In this document: positions 12,001-24,600 of the stretch, in pieces
How positions within the stretch are numbered: the stretch's first letter is position 1
Layout of the letters: each line of letters begins with the position of its first letter
Assembly: GCA_951406725.2 (NCBI GenBank)
Contig: OX597839.1
Location: 14,632,001-14,696,000 of the forward strand
Direction of reading: 5' to 3'
DNA length: 64,000 nucleotides
Origin: Octopus vulgaris
Lineage: Eukaryota
The notes under the pieces: generated by a model
Told to the model about the DNA's origin: nothing
Database searches by the model: none
Seen by the model: the letters and a program-made list of their open reading frames with translations, nothing else
Program-made: the position numbers and the translations under genes

Positions 12001-15000
12001 CAATCAAAACCAGGTGTTTCATTCCTGGATAGGTACATAGTCTTGACTGGATTTGAACAATGTAACTATACTGCATCAATGGCAGAGGGGATAAGAACAT
12101 TTGCTATTACTTTAAAAATGGTTTCCTAATCCAACTCCTAGCATGTGTATATTCAGGAACAAGACACCGTAATTGACAACAGGAAAGAAGACCAACAGAA
12201 ACATAGAGGTAAATATAAATATTGAAGATGAATATTTTGTTCACACATTATTGGTGAATGACAAAGTTATGCTCACCCTTTCACTTCTGGTCCATTGTAT
12301 GGTTCCTGAGTGTCCAGCACTAATCTGGCACATGAATTTAGCTGGGTCACCTTCTCGGACAGTCAAAGTTCGTGGGTTGACAGTGACAACAAATGGGATA
12401 ACTAAAGAATATAAAGAGGAAGAGAAGGACAATACCATTACCCAATAAGAACTGAAGAGTGAGTGGTAGTAGTAGAGTTAATAGTGTGCAGAGCTGCTTT
12501 GGGAATGGTTGTGAGCTATATGATACTTATGTATAGATCTGCAATATAATACAATACGGGTATGCTATAATTAAGTGTAGGCCACAGAAATATACTACAG
12601 TGCCAATGTACAGTAATAGTGTCAAACATAGATATAAGGAAGCATTGTAACAGAGTACACATTTAGAGAGGGGGAGTGTCATAATGGTCGAGTCTGGTAA
12701 TACAGCATACAGTGGATGTAGAGCGAAGATGGTTGAGTTGGTGGTGTGTCTAGTTACTGAACAACGTAACAGAATACAGCAGCTATATGGATAAGATGAA
12801 CAGAAGAACCAGAAAGGCAACATGGAGGCAAATAAGAGGACACAATATAATAAATATCTCCTGTACTTACGCAGATCTACACCAAGGTTTGCTACCTTGA
12901 TCAATTTTTCTCCTCCAATGTTCACTTCACAAATATAGTCATCAGCATCTGCAGGTTCAATATCATAAATATCTAAACGGTTGCCACTGATGGAAGCTTT
13001 ACGAGATATTGGTTTCTAGAAGAAGAAGGATAAATAAAAATAATGATCAGACATAAAGAATTGGGAAACATTTTAGAATAGCTAAGTCAGTCACCTAATT
13101 AAGCTTTTTGTGAAATAATGACGAGTCAAATTTTCACAGACTAGTCATTATTCTACAAATTTCCTCCCAGTGGTATATCCTGGTTTTTTCATTAGCACCC
13201 TGTGTTAATTTTCATTGCCTCTCCATTATTGCTTCCTATAAACAATTCACATTATCATCCACTTTTCATTCCCCCAACCTCCTTTTGTCCATCCAGTGTC
13301 ACCATTACTGCAATTCTTGCTGCTCCCATCCACTTCGGCCCAATTCTCATTTCTCTGTTTCTCCACTATAATTAAATTCTCACTGCTAGCCACTTATTAT
13401 CTAATGCTCACTGCCCATCAGCTAATCCTTCAACTGTCAGTGATTATTCTTAATCTTTCTTCATCATGGCTAGTTCTCTTAACTAGTTCTTCCCTCCTTG
13501 ATCTCAATCACTTCTTAGTGTGGAGGCACATGGCCTAGTGGTTAGAGCAGCAGACTCGTGGTTGAGGGATTGCGGGTTCGAATCTCAGACCGGGTGATGT
13601 GTGTATTTATGAGCAAAAATACCTAAGCTCCACACAGCTCTGGCAGAAGGTAATGGCGAACTTCTGCTGACTCTTTCGCCATAACTTTCTCTCACTCTTT
13701 CCTCCTGCATCTTGCAGTTCACCTGTGATGGACCGGCGTCCTGTCCAGGTGGGGAACCTATATGCCAAGGAAACTGGCTCTTATGAGCCAGGCATGGCTT
13801 CAGAAGGAACAAAATCACTTCTTACAATCCTTTATCTAATAATTATGAACCACCAACTCATTAATAAACCAATTTTTATTATCGAGTGACCAAGGGAGTT
13901 CATATACATGAGTGGTTGTTGTTCATGTTATTTAGTCCCAGGCTACATCGCTTTCAGATCGATCACTCTATGTAACACTTTGGAGAGAAACCATCTTATA
14001 TCATGGCCTTGAATTAACCAGAAAAGCCTTTTGAGTGGAATTTGAAGAAGTGAAATTCTGTGGAAACCTGTCAAAAAGACAACAGTTTCTGTTCTTGGAT
14101 GGTAGACTTAATTTTTCACTAACTTCAACATCACCACCTGGCCCTTTAGTGACTGCAGTTGTTTCCACTCTATTGCAAAGATTTCAGTTTGAAGGTAACC
14201 CCTGCTTGCCTCCCACCAGTTTAAAATGTCCTGAAAAATAGACATGTGTGCTGCTTTTCCTCTATTGATTAAGTCAAAATATAAAACTCAAAATATAATT
14301 TTACATAAAATCACTCATTTTTTTTTCCTGATGTTATTAATAAATCAAGCGAACTCACCCCTGATCGTCTGGACCACTTGACTTGTGCTACACGAACACC
14401 AATGACATCACATGTAAACACAGCACGTGAACCTGTACGCACTCTGAGATTGGATGGATTGATCTCAACTATATACCGTGAATCTGAAACATAATAGGAG
14501 ATTATTCACATAAGGTTTCAATTTATTATTGCTGCTGCTGTTGCTACTACTACTACTATTACTGACATTTTATTATTAGTGTCATTTACTATCAAAACTA
14601 TTTTTCATTGTCCATATGTTTCAGTCATTGCAATAAGAATCAGTTAATTCCTCGAGGCCTTCTTCTTATTGCAGTTAAGCCATGTAGGAAACAAAATTTG
14701 AGTATCTTAGGCAGAAATATGAAAACAGTTTAAGTGAAATGTCCTAACTGTTTTAATTCAACAACTTCAGGGGAGGGTATAACCAATTAAATCAAATACT
14801 GGCACAGTATTATGACTCTAAATTATTCATTCAGTAAGTATGAAAGGAAAAATATATCTTAGTAGGATCAGAACTCATATGTAAAGGGTTATAACTAAAT
14901 ATCACAATACATTTTGTCCAACACTTGATCACCAATGCTATTAGTCCAAAGCTAGTGGATTTTATTCTAATTTTGATTTAGTCAATGTTATTAATACTTA

Positions 15001-18000
15001 TTTTTATATCATCACAAGAATGAAAGGCATTGTTGACTGCAACAGAATTTGAACTCAGAATGCAAAGGGATATAATTAAAAGCTATAAAGTATTTCTGCT
15101 TGGTATTCAACTGATTCAGCCAAAATGAGTTGATGCAACAACATGAAACATGCATCTGTAAGTCAGAGAACAACATGTGCAATAAAGCATTTATTCATGG
15201 TAATTGCAGTGATCTTGGATCTGCAGGGTTCTCTGATTGGCCCAAGTTGGCAGTCCTGTATCAGGAGAATAGTATCATCCATATATTCATGTACCATGTT
15301 AACTTTTTATCTCATTTCTGTTTTTTTGTTTTCCTTCTTTCTCACCCAATTTTATGTAAATTCCCACACTACATGCCACCTGCCTTTGTAATGTCCCATT
15401 CATCCAATACCCATGTGTGGCAAATAAAAGAAATATTATTATTAGTATTACAGGATGAGTTTTGAGTACAAGTGGAAGGTAGTCTAAACCAAGGTGGAGA
15501 AAGTAAGGACTGATTTACCCAGGTGGCAGCTCCACAATTACATATGGTGGGGTTGATACATTTGTCTTCATTTACATGTATTCATTTTCTCTCTCTCCCT
15601 CTCTCTCTCTTTCTGTCACACACACACACACACATACACACAAAAATAACTCAGCTTGTTCTTCGTTGCAAAGAACAAATAAAGTGTTCCAAGCAGAAGT
15701 AATGTATCATCAGTGAGTTCTTGACAAAGAAAGGTGTAGGCTGTCTGACATCCACAGAAGGCTATAGGTTGTTTACAGACAGAAACGACAAGCACAACAT
15801 GCATAGGTATATAAAGAGATCTAAAAATAAAGAAACCAGCACGGAAGACAAGCCATGCAGTAGGATGTCATCAACTGTGACCACTGACATGAAATGCTAG
15901 TGAGTGGATAAACTGATTCACTTAGCAAATAAATACAATCCACGAGCTTCCAGTGCAATTAAACTATTAAACTATTGACACAATGCAGTGTAGAAGATAG
16001 TGGAAGACTTTGGGTATTGGAAAGTGTATGCAAAGTGAGTAATTTGGCAGCTGACACCTCATTCGATGGAAAGAAAGGTGGAAGTCAGCTCAGCGAAGGA
16101 ACATTCTTAACCACAAAGCAATGCAATTATATATATATATATATACATATATTTAGCCAATACGCTCTGCCTTCTACTCACACCTCCGCACCCCCTCCCC
16201 TATAAAACCCTACGCACGAGGCTTGACCGCCCCTTATTATTACTTTTCTCCTGGCTATAACACACGAAATACGAACCGCAGGATGATGAGAAATATCAGC
16301 TAAGTCATATTTAAGTTCACGACCTGTCCCTCTTTCATTGTTTTTGCAAGTATTATTATCACCATCAAGCCTTATTATTGTGTCCCCATATATTATCGTT
16401 ATCGTTGTCCTTCGTCTCAAATGCTAGCTGAAGCATATAAACTTTCGCTCACAAAAACTTATTCACACGACCGCAAAAATATCTCGTCTCAAATCTGGTC
16501 TTTCTGTCGCTTAATTCTCTAACCCATCTTTCCCAACTTCCACTCATAGAAACTTATGCACACGACCGCAAACCTTTCCATCTCAAATCTTGTCTTTCTT
16601 ACTGCCGCCTAAATCTCGTCTTCTCCCAGTGCGCGGTGCGACTGCCCTCCCGCCCCCACCACCAGTACCGGAAGTCCTTATCTCACCTTGCCTTCCTTTG
16701 CTTTTCTTCCATGAACACCTAAAGGCCTTAAACCAATACCACCCCTTCTATATATGGTGGTGACCATACGGCGCAAAAACATGATAGTGTAGTGTAACAG
16801 GTTGAACTTAAGTTCATTGCTTTGCTTATGAATTCTGCCAAATGCGAGTTTTCTTCTTCTTTTCAGGTACATGACGCCACTGCTCCCCGTCCCTGGGCCT
16901 CTCGGGTCAATACCTTCCACACCCTCAGGGTGGGCACCCTCAACGTTGGCACACTGAAAGGTAGGTCTGGCGAGATAGTCGAGATGCTTGAACGGAGACG
17001 TGTTGATGTATGTTGTATGCAAGAAATAAGGTGGAGAGGAGGATCTGCTAGGTTCCTCACAGGCAAGGAACACAGGTACAAGATTTTCTGGGCAGGGAAC
17101 ACTGACGGGGTTGGTGGCGTGGGTATACTTATCGCTGAGAAATGGATAGATAGAGTAATTGAGGTAATCAGAGTAAGTGACAGAATACTTAAGATTAGAA
17201 TAGTGCTTCATAATAGATTAGCAACCATTATATCGGCCTATGCCCCTCAGCCAGGGCTACCCGATAGACAGAAAGACAGTTTCTATGACACCCTACTGCA
17301 GACCACCTCATTGACGAACGACAGGGACCTTCTCTTTGTGGCTGGTGATTTCAATGGGCATGTTGGACGACACGCTGGGGCCTTCCATGGTGTACATGGA
17401 GGCTACGGTTATGGTTCCCGCAACGAGGAGGGAACCAGGCTGCTGGAGTTCTGCGATGCGAATAGTCTTATGGTCTGCAACACTAACTTCAGGAAACCAA
17501 CAAGCCACCTGGTCACCTACCGATCGGGCCGGCATACTAGCCAAATCGACTACATCCTTGCCAGAAAAAGGGAAAGATGGCTGCTTATAAATGCCAAAAC
17601 CTTCCCAGGCGAAGAATGCACCCCACAACATAGACTGGTAGTTAGTGACTTTAGGATCAGGACTAAGAGGGCGACTAGAAGACGACCAACATGGAGAAGA
17701 AGGGTCTGGAAGCTTAAAGACCCTGCGAATGGACAGAGATTTAGAGATATGTTACTTGAAGCCTTTGACGAAGTGGAAGGGGGTATAGCTACACATGGGG
17801 TAGAAGACAACTGGACGTTTCTGAGGGACAACCTGCTGAAAGCCGCTGACCAGATCTGTGGCTGGTGCAAAGTCCCCTTAAGACCCAAAATAACATGGTG
17901 GTGGAACAATATTGTTGACAGGGCTATTAGACAAAAGAAACAGGCTTGGAAGGCCTGGAAGAACGGTGGTAGCAGGGAAGTGTATCAGACTGCCAGAAGG

Positions 18001-21000
18001 GAAGCTAGGAGACAGGTCTATCTAGCCAGAGGGGAAGCAGATAAGAGAAAATTTGCCAATGTCCTGCGCCGTGAGGATGAAAGACTTGAGGTATTTCGTG
18101 TTGCAAGACAGTGTGTGAGAGAGAATCGTGATGTGGTAGGAGAGAAATGTGTTCGCATGGAAGATGGTTCACTTGCGCTAAATGAGGATGCAAAGAGAGA
18201 AGCTTGGAGACGCCACTATGAAAGGTTGCTGAATGAGGAAAATGAATGGGATAAAGAGAGTCTGCCGAATGTTGACCCAACAGAGGGACCAGCTATCCGA
18301 GTTGATAGTTCCGTGGTAGCTAAGGCAATTAGAAGCATGAAGACAGGGAAAGCCCCAGGCCCATCAGGAATTACTGCAGAGATGCTCAAAATATCTGGTA
18401 GTGTCGGCTATAGCATAGTCACCCGTATAGTTAACCAGGTGATACACGAAGGAGTCATACCCAATGACTGGTGTAGCAGCATAATAGTCAACTGCTACAA
18501 AGGTAAAGGCGATGCCCTAGATACAAACAACTACAGGGGCATCAAGCTGTTGGATCAGGTAATGAAGGTTACGGAGAGGGTTATAGCCGAGTTAATTAGA
18601 GAGAGAGTTAGCTTAGATGATATGCAGTTTGGGTTCGTGCCAGGGAAAAGTACTACTGATGCTATATTCCTGGTAAGACAGCTGCAGGAGAAATACCTAG
18701 CCAAAGGTAAGCCCTTGTACCTGGCTTTTGTTGACTTGGAGAAAGCCTTTGACAGGGTCCCCCGATCCCTTATCTGGTGGTCAATGAGGAAACTAGGGAT
18801 AGATGAATGGTTAGTGAGAGCTGTGCGAGCCATGTACAGAGACGCAGCTAGTAAGGTGAGGGTTGGCAACGAGTACAGTGAAGAATTCCGGGTAGAGGTT
18901 GGGGTCCACCAAGGTTCAGTCCTCAGCCCCCTCCTATTTATCATAGTCCTCCAGGCAATAACGGAAGAATTTAAGACAGGATGCCCCTGGGAGCTCCTCT
19001 ATGCTGATGACCTTGCTCTAATTTCTGAGTCACTATCAGAACTGGAGGAGAAGTTTCAGGTGTGGAAACAAGGATTAGAATCGAAGGGCCTTAGAATCAA
19101 CCTAGCCAAAACCAAAGTCCTAATAAGTAGGAAGGTGGACCAACCACAAACGACTTCAGGTAGATGGCCCTGCTCGATCTGTAAAAAAGGTGTAGGTAGA
19201 AACTCTATAAGGTGCACCAAGTGTAAGCTATGGACACATAAGAGGTGCAGCAATGTTAAAGGTAGGCTAACTGGGAAGATAGTTTTCGTATGTGGCAGAT
19301 GCTCAGGAGAAATAAACACTGGAAATGTGCAGAGACCAACTTCTACCACGTTCCAGGGAGACAAACTAGAAGTAGTTGATAGCTTCCGCTACCTAGGAGA
19401 CCAAGTTAGTAGCGGGGGTGGGTGTGCTGAAAGTGTAACTGCTAGAGTAAGAATAGCCTGGGCAAAGTTTAGAGAGCTCTTACCCCTGCTGGTGACAAAA
19501 GGCCTCTCGCTCAGAGTAAAAGGGAGACTTTATGATGCATGTGTATGTACAGCCATGCTACATGGTAGTGAAACATGGGCCGTGACTGCTGAGGATATGC
19601 GTAAGCTCACAAGAAATGAAGCCAGTATGCTCCGATGGATGTGTAATGTCAGTGTTCATAATCGTCAGAGTGTAAGTACCTTGAGAAAAAAGTTGAACCT
19701 AAGAAGCGTCAGTTGTGGTGTGCAAGAGAGACGGCTGCGCTGGTATGGTCATATGACGAGAATGGCTGAAGATAGTTGTGTGCAAAAGTGCTACACCCTA
19801 GCAGTTGAGGGAACCTGTGGAAGAGGAAAACCTGGGACGAAGTGGTGAAGCACGACCTACGAACTTTAGGTCTCACCAAGGAAATGACTAGAGACCGAGA
19901 CCTATGGAAGTATGCTGTGCGTGAGAAGACCCGGCAAGACTAGTCAGGCCATAACCCGTGGCCCCTACCTGGGACGTAGTCAGTCCACCTGTGCATACCT
20001 TCCTTCTTGTGACACTTGTGAAGACCTGTTGAGGCAAGTGAAAATCAAACAAAATCAAAATAGATGAACATCAATGGAATTTGTATCTTTGTGGTACCAG
20101 TGCCGGTGGCACACAAGAAAGCCATCCGAATGTGGCCGTAGCCAGTACCGCACCGACTGGCCTCCATGCGGTGGGCACGTAACAATCACCATCCAATCGT
20201 GGCCGATCGCCAGCCTATGGCTCCTGTGTCGGTGGCACATAAAAAAACACCATCCGAGCGTGGTCGTCTGCTAGCCTTGTCTGGCACTTGTGTCGGTGGC
20301 ACATAAAAACACCATCCGAGCGTGGCCGTTCGCCAGCCTCGTCTGGCACCTGTGTCGGTGGCACATAAAAAAAAACACCATCCGAGCGTGGTCGTCTGCT
20401 AGCCTTGTCTGGCACCTGTGTCGGTGGCACGTCTGGCACCTGTGTCGGTGGCACATAAAAACACCATCCGAGCGTGGCCGTTCGCCAGCCTCGTCTGGCA
20501 CCTGTGTCGGTGGCACATAAAATCACCCACTACACTCTCGGAGTGGTTGGCGTTAGGAAGGGCATCCAGCTGTAGAAACACTGCCAGATCTGACTGGCCT
20601 GGTGCAGCCTTCGGGCTCCCCAGACCCCAGTTGAACCGTCCAACCCATGCTAGCATGGAAAGCGGACGTTAAATGATGATGATGATGATGATACATCTAT
20701 ATATATATACATCTATATATATATACATCTTTTTTAAGCAATTCCATAAATGTGTTGCCATACTTATGCAAGCATAATTATTTCTTTTCCATATGTGAGA
20801 ATAATAATCAAAGTAGTATGTTGATAGGTACCAAAAGAACTACTTTCTGAAAATTATAAGTTGTAGCTTCTTGTAGCAGGATAACAATATTTACGAACAA
20901 AAATGAAAATATCTCACCTGGCTGGACAATCAATTCAGCTACTTTTGTTGCAACACCTTCTAAACTTGCAACTGTGCAGACATATTCTCCTGCATCTTCC

Positions 21001-21590
21001 AGAGTCACATAGTTAATCATCAAGACACCTTCATCTGATGTGATTCGAGAATCTGTAAGTAGCTACAATGAGAGACAGAGATAAAGTAAGAGATATGTTT
21101 GTGTTTATATGAATAGAGGTTTGTGTCAATACACAGGAATCTAAAGAGAGTGCATATGTACATTTATGTTGACAAGCCACAAAAATAGTGAAACATCCAT
21201 TGTCCATCACTCATAAATAAGACAGTGGGTGAGTTATCTCACCTGTCCATAACTCTAAGGTGTTTTATCACCGGCAACATGAGAGTTATATACTCTGCTA
21301 TGCCACCGGAGTCACTGGAAAATACACAGAGCATAGAGAGTATATCGATTTTAAAATATTTGGGAAAATATATGGAAAAGGATCCCATCAACTTTAAACA
21401 GAGTCTGGACAGATTTCTTCAAGGAATACCGGATAAGCCACCCATACCTGGATACAACTCACTCAATAAGAACTCACTACTTGAATGGACCATAAACAAA
21501 ACTTGACTTAAACAGGATTTAGATAATCCTATCAGGTGGTGCTATTAAGTTAGACATAGCCTGGACCAATCTTTGGTCAAAACATATCTA

Positions 21591-21640
<50 letters not shown>

Positions 21641-24600
21641 TTAGTTAGGGTAAATCCTAGCTGCTTCCTCTTGAAGAATATCTGTTTATTCCAATAGTAC
21701 AATCAATATGTATCCATTCTTTACATATCTATTTAAGATGTAAATCTTTGATTCCTATTAGCAAATGAAATGTGCAATGGAGAATAAATGATACCAAAAG
21801 ATTTCCATTTTATTTCAAACTAGCAGAATTGCCCGGCGTTGCTTGGGGCTGAATTGCTTGAAAGTACTGTTAATGATTGCACTGAATTATGATGATTATT
21901 CAGGCAAATATTGATATAAGCTTACGGTGGGAGATAAGGACTTAACGATCAAACGTGTGCCATTGCATTGTTTTGGGGGAACCAAATTTCTGATGAGCAT
22001 TATAGGGGCACCAACTTTAAGTTTGAGAAAGTGCGGTGGTAGTCCGGGGTGCTCAAAGGAATTGAGTACCTCTATTGGATAGTTGATGACGTCCTCTGGG
22101 TCAGGAGCTGTATCGATAGATTGATATACATAGACTTCCCCAGGAATGAGTTTTAGCATTTCATCATTAATATGGTGAACAGTTTTATTCCTCGGGGCCA
22201 GTATAGCCTTTTTGCCAATCCAATCCATATTCTGATAATTAGCTTGTAGATCTGGGAACACTGTATCTCTGAGATCAGAAGGCATCTTAACAATGGTACA
22301 AATGGAATCGATGGCAATATTACCATTTTCATCCCCTGGTATTTTGCCTTCGCCAAGTGCAAGGAGGGTGTGAGGAAATGCTGCTGATGTGATATTACGT
22401 CGCATATGAGCACGCATATTGGTGTGAAGTTTGAGAGTTACTTCCCTTTATTTAAAAAAATATGCATTAAAATGGAAAAAAATGATGGTAAATTATTTGT
22501 AAAATCATAGACTCATCGTAGACGCGCGCTAATACCCAGAAGGGCTCGATATGAATCACGACTATAAGATACCCGGTTTTGGTTAAACTGCATCGCAAAA
22601 TGTGGGAGTAGTTAGGAATCTAAATCGGAGTAGACAGACACACAACCTTTCTTTTATATATAAATATTTTCGTCCTAAAAAACTTTGTATGGATTGAATG
22701 GTTACCTCTATGGAAATATATACATGCACATTATACATACATGTGTGTATAGATGAATATATAAATACATTTAAATATCTATATACACTTTTGGGCGATC
22801 TTTCTGTTTCTTAGAGATAACTTTAGATCTTATTTTCGTCCTAAAAAACTTTGTATGGAGTGAATGGTTACCTCTATGGAAATATATACACACACGTTAT
22901 ACATACATGTGTGCATAGATGAATATATAAATACATTTATATATCTATATACACTTTTGGGCGATCTTTGTGCTACTTAGAGATAACTTTAGATCTTATT
23001 TTCGTCCTAAAAAACTTTGTGCGGAGTGAATGGTTATGTGTATGGAAATATATACACACATATTATACATACATCTGTGTATAGATGAATATATAAATAC
23101 ATTTAAATATCTATATACACTTTTGGGCGATCTTTCTGCTACTTGTATATACTTTAGATCTTATATTCGTCCTAAAAAACTTTGTATGGAGTGAAAGGTT
23201 ACCTCTATGGAAATATATACACACACATTATACATACATCTGTGTACAGATGAATATATAAATACATTTAAATATCTATATACACTTTTGGGCGATCTTT
23301 CTGCTACTTGGATATAGGTCTTATATTCGTCCTAAAAAACTTTCCTGTCACACACTCACGCACACACACACGGACCCTCACACACACACACACGCACACA
23401 CACACACGCACACACACACACACTCACACACATACACACGTTAGCTTACAATTTTATTTATATATTTGCGTGTCTATGTGTGTAAAGCGGAAGTGGCAGA
23501 GTGAAAGAGTCACTCACTACAAAAAGTGAATTACTTTCACTTTATTCGTTGCACACTGTGTGTGTGCGTGTGTGTGTGGTGTAGGCCACACTAAGAGAAG
23601 CATTTGACTTAGACACCACAATGTGAGTTTTCTCTAAATTTTGCTTAATTGGGGTTGAAATTTTAAAAACTGGACCTGGCACGACCCGATGCATTCTACT
23701 CTTAAAAATGCTCGGTAAATTGTAATTGAAGAAATCCTATATTGTAGATTTCTATAAGATACAAAGGGAGGCAGATAAAATCTGCCTTTTATAATAAGAG
23801 ATGCCAGTGCCACCTGACTCGCTCCCATGCTGGTGGAACGTAAAAAGCACCATTCAAGCATGGTCGATGCTAGTACTGCCAGACTGGCCCTCATGCTGAT
23901 AGTACGTAAAAAGCACCCACTACACTCTCTGAGTGGTTAGGAAGGGTACCCAGCTGTAGCAATTACATCTGGAGCCTCACAGGGATCTATTCCCAGTCCT
24001 TGTTATTCATAGTATAAAATAGATGGTACCTTGAAGGACATTACTATGCTAAAACACATGGATGACATTCAGCTGCAACTTGAAACCAAAAGAATGTATC
24101 CTATACACTCTAGCTCCTTCCCGCTGTCTGACCTGGACATAATGCAGTGACAGGTTGTTGATTGGCAACTCAAGCTGGCTGTAGATAAATGCACACTGTT
24201 TAGCTTTGGAAGCAAAAATGCAAAATTTACTTATTCCCTCCATCACACCAACCTTAAGAAGTCTGTTGGTAAATGTGACATAGGTATTATTACTAACAAC
24301 ACCCACTACACTCTCGGAGTGGTTGGTGTTAGGAAGGGCATCCAGCTGTAGAAACTCTGCCAAATCAAGATTGGAGCCTGGTGCAGCCATCTGGTTCGCC
24401 AGCCCTCAGTCAAAATCGTCCAACCCATGCTAGCATGGAAAGTGGACGTTAAATGATGATGATGATGATGATGAACAATATGGACTGGAAAAATTACATT
24501 TTTAAAACTATCAAAAAGACCAAAAGTGTCTTATTGCTGTTCAGTAAGACCTATGTTAGTTGCTCACCGGCTTTCTACTTCAAGCTGAATATGACCATGA

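Larger units (their letters stand above)
16150..20692 (+). mobile_element. Near full-length RTE-clade LINE, antisense in a perlecan intron
   Basis: About 0.67-kb 5' UTR, single APE-RT ORF, 3' UTR tandem repeats and (GAT)n tail, flanked by (TA)n tracts; the 5' boundary is approximate. Confidence 0.9.

Noticed and set aside
13521-13595. tRNA gene
   Set aside because: The A/B boxes are the head of a multi-copy SINE and I cannot fold a full cloverleaf; the same applies to the other SINE heads.
20090-20530. CRISPR-like appearance of regularly spaced GGTGGCACATAAAA repeats
   Set aside because: The intervening sequences are themselves repeated, there are no cas genes, and the context is a eukaryotic LINE 3' UTR.
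21896-22417. Host PIF1 helicase gene
   Set aside because: It is an intronless partial fragment inside Helitron termini and is duplicated at 5080-5711.
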